The notes below the pieces were generated by a model that had not been told where the DNA came from, did no database searches, and was given only the letters and a program-made list of their open reading frames with translations. This document shows, piece by piece, positions 18,051-27,860 of a stretch of 64,000 nucleotides of DNA. The position numbers and the translations under genes are program-made. Origin of the DNA: an uncultured Acidobacteriota bacterium (lineage in GTDB: Bacteria > Acidobacteriota > Vicinamibacteria > Vicinamibacterales > CAVVIG01); the NCBI GenBank assembly GCA_963794705.1, contig CAWCFI010000013.1, positions 14,523 through 78,522 on the forward strand, in the 5' to 3' direction. Each line of letters opens with the position of its first letter. Positions within the stretch are counted from its first letter, which is position 1.

Positions 18051-19440
18051 ATGTACTCACGCGACGAAATCAAGGCGCTCACCGACAAGGTCCTCAACAT
18101 GACCAAGGCCGACGCGGTCGAGGTGAGCTTCGACGGCGGCGAGCGGTCGGCGACCCGCTGGGCCAATTCCTCGATCACGGTGAACATGGTCCAGTACGAC
18201 CAGCAGCTCACCCTGAACGTGCGCCACGGCGCCAAGCAAGGCAGCGCGTCGACCCGCGAGTTCGACGACGAGTCGCTGAAGGCGATGGTCGACGAGGCGC
18301 AGGACGCGGCGCAGAAGGCGCGCGACAATCCGAACCTGCCGGCGCTCGTGAAGGGGCCGCAGGACTACGTCCCGGTCGACGCGGTGCTCCCCAAGACCGC
18401 CGAGTTCGGTCCCGGCGAGCGCGCCGCCTGGGTGAAGCAGTCGATCGACATCTGTGAGAAGAAGGGCGTGCTCGGCGCCGGCTTCATCCCCAAGCAGTAT
18501 CAGACGACCTGCCTCTCGAATTCCGAAGGGTTGTTCGGCTACTACCAGTACGCGGAAACCGGGTTCGTCCTCACCTGCCGGATGGCCAGCGGCGGCGGCT
18601 CCGGCTGGTCGGGGATCACCGGCGCCAAGGATCTCTCGCAGGTCAACGTCGCCGAGCTCACCGAAATCGCCGCGAACAAGGCGTTCAAGAGCCAGAAGCC
18701 GCGCGCGATCGAGCCGGGGCGCTACACCACGATCATCGAGCCGCGGCCGATGGCGCGCCTGCTGTCGACGATGATGGGCGCCTTCAATGCGGGGTGGCGG
18801 CGGCGGCTTCGGCGGCGGCGGTGGCGGTGGCTTCAACTTCGGCGGCATCGGCCGGCCGTTCGTCGCGGCCGACGGCACCCCGAAGATCGGCCAGAAGCTG
18901 TTCAGCGACAGCTTCACGCTCAAGAGCGACGTCGGCAACCCGGTGCTGCGCCAGACGCCGATCATGAACGACGGCCTCGCGGCCAGGCCGGTGACCTGGA
19001 TCGAAAAAGGCGTGCTCAAGAACATCTATTACGACGCGGCGACCGCGCGCCGGCAGAAGGTGGCGCCGTCGACCGCCAACCCGAACATGAGCCTGGTGGT
19101 CGAAGGCACCAACCAGTCGATCGAGGACATGATCAAGACGACCAAGCGCGGCCTGCTGGTCACCTTCTTCTGGTACCTGCGGCCGGTGGACACGCTGACG
19201 CTGCTCAACACCGGCATGACGCGCGACGGCCTGTTCCTGATCGAGAACGGCGAGATCGCCGGACCGGTGCAGAACTTCCGCTGGAACATGTCGCCGCTGG
19301 TCGCCTTCGCCAACATCTCGGCGGTCGGCAAGTCGGTGCCGATCCACACCGGCGAAGCCTACGACGGCCCGGGCACCGCGCTCGTGCCAGCCGTGCGGGT
19401 CGAAGACTTTTACATGACGTCGGTATCACCGGCCGTCTAA
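18051..19440 (+). pseudogene. TldD/PmbA-family metallopeptidase subunit (PmbA/TldE-like), one frameshift
   Basis: ORF 18051- and ORF 18787-19440 join at the G-run near 18785; Gly-rich insert GGGGGFGGGGGGGFNFGG; no signal peptide. Confidence 0.85.
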
Positions 19441-19443
19441 GAA

Positions 19444-19524
19444 GGAACCGCGGAGCCCGCGGAGACCGCCGACGAACGCTCGAGTACACATTTTCTCTGC
19501 GTGCTTTGCGGTCTTGGCGGTTTC
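19444..19524. repeat. hairpin element built from CCGCGGAG/CTCTGCG sub-repeats
   Basis: ggaaccgcggagcccgcggagaccgcc ... ctctgcgtgctttgcggtcttggcggtttc; same family as 35113-35188 and 57113-57169. Confidence 0.65.
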
Positions 19525-19549
19525 ATCTTTTCGTGATCATGAGAGACAT

Positions 19550-21195
19550 ATGAGCCCAACACGTCGCGACTTTCTGAAGTACACCGGCGCCACCAGCATC
19601 CTGCTCGCCTCGAGCGACCTCGTCGGCGAGCTGATCGCGCAGTCGCCGAAGGGCAACCCGCTCACCTCTTCGTTCAAGGGGCTCGCCGACATCGTGCTCG
19701 GTGAGGCGAAGAAGCGTCGGCTGCTCGTACGCCGACGTCCGCTTCACGCGCAGCGTCAGCTCCGGCGTCAACGCGACCGGCGGCAGCGATCGCGCGGCCG
19801 ACGGCGGCGGCGGGTTCGGCGGTGGTCGCGGCGGTCGTGGCGGCGCCGGGCGCGGCGGCGGCGCGCGCGCCGGCGGGCGTCCGGGCGCGGCGGGCTTCGG
19901 CGTTCGCGTGATCCACAGCGGCGTGTGGGGCTTCGCCAGCAGCCCGATCGTCACCGAGGACGAGATGAAGCGCATCACGCGCATCGCCGCGGAGGTCGCC
20001 AAGGCCAGCGCGGTCGCGAAGAAGACCGACATCAAGCTCGCGCCGGTGCAGGCCTACACCGAGTACTGGGCGTCGCCGATGGTCAAGGATCCGAGCAAGG
20101 TCTCCACCGAGGAGAAGCAGGCCTACGTGCAGAAGGTCGTCGACCTGGTGGCCGCGAACAAGAACGTCAGCAACGTCACCGCCGCGGTCGGCATCACCAA
20201 CGAGTGGCGCTATTTCGCCTCGAGCGAAGGGCTCGTACATCGAGCAGGAGACGTTCGAGATTACGCCGACCTTCAACGTCTCCGCCAAGATCGGCGACGT
20301 CACCAAGACGCGCAGCTTCGTCGGCGTGCCGAAGACCGGCGGCTGGGAAGTCGCCGAAGGGTCGGAGATGGTCGAGAGCGCCGAGCGCATCGCCGCCGAG
20401 GCGGTCGAGATGACCACCGCCAAGCCGCTCGGCATGGGCCTCAAGGATCTGGTGCTGACGCCGTCGCACGCGATGCTCACGATCCACGAGATCGTCGCCC
20501 ACGCCACCGAGCTCGATCGCATCCTCGGCTACGAGGCGAACTACGCCGGCACCAGCTTCGTGAAGCTGTCCGACGTCGGCAAGCTGAAGTACGGCTCGAA
20601 GCTGATGAACATCACCGCCGACCGCACCATGGCCGGCGGCATGGCCACCATCGGCTACGACGACGACGGGGTGAAGACGATGGAGTTCCCGATCATTCGC
20701 GACGGGATCCTGGTCGGCCTGCAGACCAACCGCGAGACCGCGCCGCAGATCGGCGACAAGGCCAGCAAGGGCTGCACCTCGGCGTCGTCGTGGCGCGACT
20801 ACCCGTTCCTGCGGATGCCGAACGTGCGCCTCGAAGCCGGCCCGAAAGGCTCGCCCAACGTCGCGCAGATGATCGCCGACACCAAGGACGGCGTGCTGAT
20901 CGACGGCCGCGGCAGCTACTCGATCGACCAGCAGCGCTACAACGGCCAGTTCGGCGGCAACTGCTTCTGGGAGATCAAGAACGGCAAGATCACGCGGATG
21001 GTGACCGACGTCACCTACAACGCGATCACCACCGACTTCTGGGCGAACCTGGATCTGATCGGCAGCCAGGAGACCTGGAAGATGTTCGGCACGGGCGGCG
21101 ATGCCAAGGGTCAGCCGACCCAGACCAACAGCATCTCGCACGGCTCGCCCTACATCCGGATCAAGAAGATCATGGTGGGGGCCGCATACGCCTAG
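19550..21195 (+). pseudogene. TldD-family metallopeptidase with Tat signal, two frameshifts
   Basis: MSPTRRDFLKYTGATSILLA Tat motif; HEIVAH metal motif; extra bases at about 19715 (cgtCggctgc) and about 20235 (gaagGgctcg) split it into three track ORFs. Confidence 0.85.
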
Positions 21196-21209
21196 GCCCT
21201 GAACGGCGG

Positions 21210-24143
21210 CTACCGCGCGCTGCGGGCCCGCTTCGCCAGCGTGGCCACCGCCGCGACCAATTCGCCGGGGTCCACGGGTTTTGCCAGGTGCATTTCGAAG
21301 CCCGATCGCAGGGCGCGAATCCGATCCTCCGAGCGGGCAAAGGCCGTGAGCGCGGCGGCAGGGACATCACGGACGGCCGGGTCGGTCGACTGGCGAATGT
21401 TCGTGATCAGCTCGAAGCCGTCGACTTCCGGCATGCCCAGATCCAGCACGATCACGTCGGGCCGAACCTGCCCGATGCGCTCGATCGCGTGAACGGGTGA
21501 GCCGAGGGTGGTCACCTCGGCGCCCGCGGCTTCGAGCGCCTCGCGGAGCACGCTGAGCGCATCCTCTTCATCATCCACCGCCAGCACGCGCACGCCGCGC
21601 AGATCGGCGAGCTCGACCCGCGAAAGCGTCCGCTCGGTGCGCGGATGTTCGCGTGGGGTCTCGACCCGGCCCGGACGCACAATCATCAGAGGCAGGCGAA
21701 CGGTGAACGTGGCGCCCTGGCCTTCACCGGCACTCGCGGCTTCGACCGACCCGCCGTGCATTTCGACGATGTGCCGGACGATGGCGAGACCGAGGCCCAG
21801 GCCGCCCGTAGTTCTCGTCAGACCCGCGTCTGCCTGCCGAAAGCGCTCGAAGACATGGGGGATGAAGTCGGCTGTGATCCCGGCGCCCGTGTCGCTGACA
21901 ACGATCTCGACGTGGGAGTTGATCCGCTCCACGCGCAACTGCACGCGGCCGTCCTTGGGCGTGAATTTGACCGCATTCGAGAGCAGATTCCAGACGACCT
22001 GCTGAAGACGCCCGGGATCGCCGGAGACCGGACCTATCTGTGGATCGACCATCGCCTGGAGGCGAACCTGTTTGGCGTCCGCCGCCGGTTGGACGGTGGC
22101 CACCGCATTGTCGACGACCAGCGACAGCTCCACCGGCTGGATGTCCAGCCGGATCTTGCCAGAGACGATCCGCGACACGTCGAGCACGTCTTCGACGATC
22201 TGCGTCAGCCAGGTCGCGTTCCGTTCGAGGATGGCGATGCCTCGCGCTGCTTTCTCGGCGGAGAGGACACCTCCGCTCAGCAGTCGCGCGTATCCCACGA
22301 TCGCATTCAGCGGTGTGCGGAGCTCGTGCGACAACACCGCCAGAAATTCGTCTTTGAGGCGATTCGCGTTCTGCGCCTCCGAGAACAGGCGCGAGTTTTC
22401 GAGCGCCACCGATGCCCACGCCGCGACACCGAGCGCCAGCCGCTGTTGTTGATCGCCGAACGCCGCGGGCCGCGCGTGGGTGAAGAACAGGGTCCCGATC
22501 ACCGCGCCGTTCAGCCCGACCACCGGCACCGCAAGGCAGCTGCGGGCTGACAGACGCTCGCAGATGCCGATGTAGGCCGAATCCTCTCCAAGCGACGGAC
22601 CGGTCGTGTCGTCGACGCGCAGGACCCGCCCGGTTCGCAACTCGGTCTGCAGCAGGCGATCGGAGGGCGCACTCGTGATGTCTGCCAGCGCCTCGGGCGT
22701 CAGGCCGGCGGCCCTGCAACGCCGGTCGTCGCGTGAGTCGCCGCGGTAGAACAGCACCGCACAGTCGGCGTGGGTCAATTCGCGGGCGAGCTCCACGACC
22801 CGCTGCGCGAGCAGCTCGCGGTCGAGTGTGGACGCCACGGTCGCGCCGATTTCGTTGAGGGTTTCGGTATTGCGAGCCTGTTCGTGGGCCTGAGCTTCCA
22901 GCCGCTGGCGCTCGGTCACGTCGCGTGCGACCTTTGAGGCCCCCACGATCTGACCGGCGGCGTTGCGAATCGGAGAAACCGTCAGCGACACCGCGATCAG
23001 CGTGCCGTCCTTGCGCTGCCGTGTGGTTTCGAAGTGATCCACCCGGTCGCCGGCTCGGATCTTCGCGAGCACGACATCTTCTTCGCTTTGCAGGTCCGCC
23101 GGAATCAGCATGCGGACGGATTGGCCAATGGCCTCCGCCTCCGCGTAGCCGAACATCCGCTGCGCGGCAGGGTTCCAGGACGTAATCACGCTGTCGAGGC
23201 CCTTGCTGATGATCGCATCGTCCGATGACTCGACGATCGCGGCGAGGCGGCGAGCCGCCTCGTCGGCGCGGGTCTTGTCCGTGATGTCGCGGGCGATCTT
23301 CGAGGCGCCGACGATGACGCCTCGCTCGTTGCGAATCGGCGACACCGTGAGCGAGACCGCGACGGTCGTGCCGTTTTTTCGCTGGCGCACCGTCTCGTAG
23401 TGCTCGACGCGTTCGCCGGCGCGGATGCGCGCCAGCACTTCGTCTTCCTCGTTCTGGCGATCGTCGGGAATCAGCACGCGAATGGAGCGGCCGATGATCT
23501 CGGCTGCCGGGAAACCGAACAGCCGCTCGGCGGCGTCGTTCCACGAGAGGATCGTGCTGTTCAAATCCTTGCTGATGATGGCGTCGTCGCTGGAGCTGAC
23601 GATGGCCGCGAAATGGGCGGCGGTGCGCTCGAGCCGTTTGCGCTCGCCGATATCACGTGCGATGTAGGACGCGCCAATGACCGTACCGGTCGCCCCGCGC
23701 AAGGCGGAGACGGTCAGCGACAACTCGAGACGACGCCCGTCTCTGGCGAGACGCACGGTCTCGTAGTGATCGACGCTCTGACCGGCGCCGAGGCGACGCA
23801 TCACGTCGTCTTCCTCGCCGAACAGCTCCGGCGGGATGATCAGTCTGATCGACTGCCCGACGGCTTCCGCCTCGGCGTAACCGAACAGACGCTCGGCCGC
23901 CGCGTTCCACGAGGTGATGAGGCCGGCGGTATCCTTGCTGATGACAGCGTCGTCCGAGGACGCGACGATCGCCGCCGATCGGGCCTTGGCCTCGGGCAAT
24001 TCGGGCATAACAAACTGGAAGAATAGCAACATTCGTGTTGGGTCGCGCCGCCGACGAATAAGCTCGACCGTGCAACACGTGCCGCACAGGGCCGGTCCCG
24101 CTGACGTTTCCATCAGACGGCACCAATTGCAGCGCTTCGCCAA
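21210..24143 (-). CDS. hybrid sensor histidine kinase (4x PAS, GAF, HisKA, HATPase, receiver)
   Basis: 977-aa intact ORF; repeated SSDDAIISKDL PAS starts; H-box LSHELRTPLNAI; GGLGLGLAIV; receiver VLAVDDEED..DLGMPEVDG; true start may be the ATG at 24008. Confidence 0.9.
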   Translation of the reverse strand: MAKRCNWCRLMETSAGPALCGTCCTVELIRRRRDPTRMLLFFQFVMPELPEAKARSAAIVASSDDAVISKDTAGLITSWNAAAERLFGYAEAEAVGQSIRLIIPPELFGEEDDVMRRLGAGQSVDHYETVRLARDGRRLELSLTVSALRGATGTVIGASYIARDIGERKRLERTAAHFAAIVSSSDDAIISKDLNSTILSWNDAAERLFGFPAAEIIGRSIRVLIPDDRQNEEDEVLARIRAGERVEHYETVRQRKNGTTVAVSLTVSPIRNERGVIVGASKIARDITDKTRADEAARRLAAIVESSDDAIISKGLDSVITSWNPAAQRMFGYAEAEAIGQSVRMLIPADLQSEEDVVLAKIRAGDRVDHFETTRQRKDGTLIAVSLTVSPIRNAAGQIVGASKVARDVTERQRLEAQAHEQARNTETLNEIGATVASTLDRELLAQRVVELARELTHADCAVLFYRGDSRDDRRCRAAGLTPEALADITSAPSDRLLQTELRTGRVLRVDDTTGPSLGEDSAYIGICERLSARSCLAVPVVGLNGAVIGTLFFTHARPAAFGDQQQRLALGVAAWASVALENSRLFSEAQNANRLKDEFLAVLSHELRTPLNAIVGYARLLSGGVLSAEKAARGIAILERNATWLTQIVEDVLDVSRIVSGKIRLDIQPVELSLVVDNAVATVQPAADAKQVRLQAMVDPQIGPVSGDPGRLQQVVWNLLSNAVKFTPKDGRVQLRVERINSHVEIVVSDTGAGITADFIPHVFERFRQADAGLTRTTGGLGLGLAIVRHIVEMHGGSVEAASAGEGQGATFTVRLPLMIVRPGRVETPREHPRTERTLSRVELADLRGVRVLAVDDEEDALSVLREALEAAGAEVTTLGSPVHAIERIGQVRPDVIVLDLGMPEVDGFELITNIRQSTDPAVRDVPAAALTAFARSEDRIRALRSGFEMHLAKPVDPGELVAAVATLAKRARSAR

Positions 24144-24202
24144 AGTGACTATGCTGCGTTGGGTCCTGCGAGGAACTGGGACCGTTCAGAGGAGCAGAAT
24201 CG

Positions 24203-24658
24203 ATGCGTTTTCGAAATTTATTTGTGTGCACCGCCGTCATCATTGCCGCGACTTTCTCCGCCCGCCCGAGCTCAGCCCAGACTGGCGGAGACCGATTCGG
24301 AGTGTGGGACAACTCCACGGATCCGAACAACGTCATGACCTACGAGCCCTTCGAGAAGGGCGGCAGCAAGCTCACCGTGAGCAACCCCAGCAAGCCGGGC
24401 ACGGAGTGGAGCTACGAGACACTTTTTGACGGCAAGTTCCGACCCGTCGCCGGCCAGAAGAACTCCGAGACCGCGGTCGAGATCATCAACGACAAGAGCA
24501 TCCGCATCTACAACAAGCGGGACGGCGTGGTGTACCAGGTGGTGATCAACACGTTGTCGGAGGACAACAGCAAGATCAGCAACGAATACATCCGCATGGA
24601 CAAGGACGGCAAGATCACGGGCGTGACGCACGTCACCTACATCCGCCGCAAGAAGTGA
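24203..24658 (+). CDS. hypothetical small exported beta-rich protein
   Basis: 151-aa ORF; signal peptide; GAGGAG upstream; visibly lower GC than neighbours. Confidence 0.6.
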   Translation: MRFRNLFVCTAVIIAATFSARPSSAQTGGDRFGVWDNSTDPNNVMTYEPFEKGGSKLTVSNPSKPGTEWSYETLFDGKFRPVAGQKNSETAVEIINDKSIRIYNKRDGVVYQVVINTLSEDNSKISNEYIRMDKDGKITGVTHVTYIRRKK

Positions 24659-25617
24659 CATCGGGCGGTACGACACGCGATCTGATCGTTCTTCACGAAC
24701 ACCCCGAGTGGCAGAAACCGCTGTTCGCGGCGCTCGAGCGCCGCGGCGTCCGGTTTCTGCCGTTCGACGTCTCTCGCGCCGCGTTCAGCAACGTCGAGGC
24801 GCTTCGCGCGCGCCTCTATTTCAACCAGGCCAGCCCCAGCGCCTACCTGCGCGGCCATACCCGGGCCGTGCCGCTGGCGCTCGCCTACATGCGATCGCTC
24901 GAGCTGCTCGGCGCCCGCGTCCTGAATGGCGCGGACGTATTCGCGCTCGAGCTCAGTAAGAGCGCGCAGGCCACCCTGCTGCGCACGCTCGGCATCGACT
25001 GCCCCCGATCGCTGACCTTCAACGACAGCAGCGCGCTGCGCGCCTATGCCGACCAGATCGAATGGCCGGCGCTGCTCAAGCCCGATCAGGGCGGCAGCGG
25101 CGCGCGCATCCAGGTGGTCGAGTCGCTCGACGAGATCGACGCCATCTTCACGCGCGATCCCGCGAACTGGCTGCCTGACAACCTGTTCCTGCTGCAGGAG
25201 TACCTCCCCCACGATCCCGATCGGGGCATCGTCCGGCTGGAGTTCCTCGGCGGCGAGCTCCTCTACGCAATGCGCGTGATCACGCACGGACGCTTCAACC
25301 TGTGCCCGTCGCCGGTCTGCAATCCGGATGACGGAGAGGGCGTGTGCGCGGTCCCGGAAGCCGTCGTGGACGCTCCGCCGGTGGAGTTCGTCCCCTATCC
25401 CGACGTGCCGGCCGACGCAGTGGAAACCGCGACGCGAATCGTTCGAGCGGCGAAACTCGACGTCGGAGGCATCGAGTACCTGGAAACGCCCACGGGCCGA
25501 CGGGTCTTCTACGACATCAACGCCAACTCCAACCTGCGTCCGTCGGTCGCGGCCGCATTCGGGTTCGACCCGTTCGAGCGGGTGGTCGACTATCTCGTCC
25601 GCGAGCTCGCGCGATGA
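24655..25617 (+). CDS. ATP-grasp domain protein (RimK/glutathione-synthetase-like)
   Basis: 320-aa ORF; LLKPDQGGSGARIQVV, LLQEYLP, GGIEYLE motifs; GTGA overlap with the upstream gene. Confidence 0.8.
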   Translation: MTSGGTTRDLIVLHEHPEWQKPLFAALERRGVRFLPFDVSRAAFSNVEALRARLYFNQASPSAYLRGHTRAVPLALAYMRSLELLGARVLNGADVFALELSKSAQATLLRTLGIDCPRSLTFNDSSALRAYADQIEWPALLKPDQGGSGARIQVVESLDEIDAIFTRDPANWLPDNLFLLQEYLPHDPDRGIVRLEFLGGELLYAMRVITHGRFNLCPSPVCNPDDGEGVCAVPEAVVDAPPVEFVPYPDVPADAVETATRIVRAAKLDVGGIEYLETPTGRRVFYDINANSNLRPSVAAAFGFDPFERVVDYLVRELAR

Positions 25618-26162
25618 CGCGCTGCGCCTGGGCCGGCGACGACCCGCAGATGCGCGCCTACCATGACCAGGAGTGGGGCGTCCCGCAGCGCGACTCCCGC
25701 ATGCTGTGGGAGATGCTGATGCTGGAAGGGTTCCAGGCCGGGCTGTCCTGGAGCATCATCCTGCGCAAGCGCGACGGGTTTCGCAAGGCGTTCGCGCGCT
25801 TCAATCCGCAGAAGGTCGCGAATTTCGGCAAGGCCGATGTCGCCAGGCTGATGGCCGATCCCGGCATCGTCCGCGCCCGCGCCAAAATCGAGGCGACCAT
25901 TCGCGGCGCGCAGATTTACCGGGAGATAGCCAAGCAGGGCGAGAGCTTCAGCGACTTCTGCTGGTCATTCACCGACGGCCAGGTCGTCAAGGGCGACGGC
26001 CGCAGCCGGATCGTCACCTCGCCCCTGTCCGAGCAGATCTCCGCCGAGATGAAGCGCCGCGGCTTCAAGTTCGTCGGACCGACCATCGTCTATGCCTGGA
26101 TGCAGGCCGTCGGCATCGTCAACGACCATGCGGCCGGCTGCTTCCGGCGTTCCCAGGTCTGA
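25614..26162 (+). CDS. tag: DNA-3-methyladenine glycosylase I
   Basis: YHDQEWGVP, LEGFQAGLSW, VGPTIVYAWMQAVGIVNDH motifs; ATGA overlap with the ATP-grasp gene. Confidence 0.9.
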   Translation: MTRCAWAGDDPQMRAYHDQEWGVPQRDSRMLWEMLMLEGFQAGLSWSIILRKRDGFRKAFARFNPQKVANFGKADVARLMADPGIVRARAKIEATIRGAQIYREIAKQGESFSDFCWSFTDGQVVKGDGRSRIVTSPLSEQISAEMKRRGFKFVGPTIVYAWMQAVGIVNDHAAGCFRRSQV

Positions 26163-26202
26163 CCGGCAGCGGCCGGCGTATTTTTCGATTACCCTTCAAG
26201 CG

Positions 26203-27709
26203 ATGTCCACGATAGACGCCGTCCAGGAAGTGGGCTCGGCCATAGACTGGCTCGAGCGGATCGCCGGCGACTGGAGCCTCCTCGAGGCGCTGCCGGCCGC
26301 CGAGCGCCAGCGCCTCCATCGCGCAGCCGCCGCCTTGTCGATCGCCGACCCGCGCGCAAAGCGGAAGCGGCGTAAGGCCGCCAGGGCCGCGAACGTCCAG
26401 CGGGAAGAAGCCGCGCTCGACGAGACCGGCATCCGCTCGCTGCGGCGTAAGCCGGTCGTCACCACGCCAAACGTATTCCCGCCGCCGGCCTTCGAGCCAA
26501 GAACCGCGAACGACGAACCAGAACGTCGAACGACGAACGTCGTCCCGCGGATCGCGTCTGCTACGTCTGCAAGCAGCCCTATTCAGAGGTCCATCATTTC
26601 TACGATCAGCTGTGCCCGACCTGCGCAGAGACGAACTTCTCCGCGCGCACCGAGCTGGCGGATCTGCGCGGACGGGTCGCGCTGCTGACCGGCGGCCGCG
26701 TCAAAATCGGCTATCAAGCCGGCCTGAACCTGCTGCGCTGCGGCGCGCGGCTGATCGTCACGACGCGCTTTCCCAAGAACGCAGCAGCCCGCTACGCGCA
26801 GGAGCCGGACTTCGGCGACTGGGCAGATCGGCTGGAGATCTTCGGGCTCGATCTGCGGCATACGCCCAGCGTCGAGGCGTTCTGCCGCAGCCTGGTCGCC
26901 ACCCGCGATCGTCTCGACTTCATCATCAACAACGCCTGCCAGACGGTGCGACGGCCGCCCGACTTCTACGCGCACATGATGGCGGCCGAGCGATCGGCGC
27001 TGCGCGAGCAGCCCGCACACGTGCGCCGGCTGCTCGGAGATGCCGAGACTGGGCAGGAGGGGCTGGAAGGGCTGGACAGGCAGGAGCGGGCAGGAGGGCG
27101 GGAGTTCGTCGCCGCGGCGCTCTCACAGGTGCCGCTGCTCGCCGAGGAACTGATCGCCCGCGCCGATCTCTTCCCCGCCGGCCAGCTCGATCGGGATCTG
27201 CAGCAGGTCGATCTCCGCGACCGCAACTCGTGGCGGATGCTGCTCGCCGACGTGCCGACCGTCGAGATGCTCGAGGTGCAGCTGGTCAACGCCGATCGCC
27301 CCGTTCCTGTTCAACGCGCGTCTCAAGCCGCTGATGCTGCGCGTCCCGACGCGCGACAAGCACATCGTCAACGTCTCGGCGGTCGAAGGACAGTTCTATC
27401 GCACCAGCAAGACGACCAGGCACCCGCACACCAACATGGCGAAGGCCGCGCTCAACATGATGACCCGCACCGCGGCGACCGACTACTTCAACGACGGCAT
27501 CCACATGAACAGCGTCGATACCGGCTGGGTGACCGACGAGGATCCGGCGGAGATCGCCGCGCGCAAGGTGGTCGAGCAGCGCTTCCATCCGCCGCTCGAC
27601 ATCGTCGACGGCGCGCGCGCGCATCGTCGCGCCGATCATCAGGGGCTTCAACACCGGCACGCACGTGTGGGGCCAGTTCCTGAAGGACTACAAGCCGACG
27701 GCCTGGTAG
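26203..27709 (+). pseudogene. SDR-family oxidoreductase with N-terminal CxxC..CxxC extension, at least 3 frameshifts
   Basis: CYVCKQPYSEVHHFYDQLCPTC, then LLTGGRVKIGY Rossmann motif, NNACQ, and YxxxK region ([19 protein letters not shown]) in shifted frames; shifts near 26.5 kb, 27295 and 27615. Confidence 0.75.
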
Positions 27710-27860
27710 GCAGGCCTGAAGGCCTGCACTACGAGAGGCTCGGGCGGGTGTAGTGCAGGTCTTCAGGCCTGCTACGAGAGGCTCCGGGCGGGTGTAGTGC
27801 AGGCCTTCAGGCCTGCTACGAGAGGCTCCGGCCGGGTGTAGTGCGGACCTTCAGGTCCGC
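27710..27860. repeat. REP cluster: 4 copies of GTAGTG + 7-bp-stem hairpin, about 43-44 bp period
   Basis: gcaggcctgaaggcctgcactac (inverted), then gtagtgcaggtcttcaggcctgc, gtagtgcaggccttcaggcctgc, gtagtgcggaccttcaggtccgc, separated by tacgagaggctccgggcgggt. Confidence 0.9.

Noticed and set aside
24009-24143. Cys-rich N-terminal extension (CNWC...CGTCC) of the histidine kinase as a zinc-finger domain
   Set aside because: It lies upstream of more plausible start codons (24032, 24008), and the first PAS domain begins right after them. It is probably untranslated leader read as ORF.
24203-25617. Graspetide-type RiPP pair (small ORF plus ATP-grasp ligase)
   Set aside because: The small protein is 151 aa with a cleavable Sec signal and no Thr/Ser-Asp/Glu-rich core repeats. 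The ATP-grasp enzyme looks RimK/GshB-like rather than like a microviridin-type ligase.
27710-27860. Regularly spaced 23-nt palindromic repeats that look superficially like a CRISPR array (also at 55421-55615)
   Set aside because: The segments between the repeats are near-identical to each other rather than unique. Units are only 38-44 bp, copies occur in both orientations, and no cas gene is present. They are REP/BIME-type repeats.
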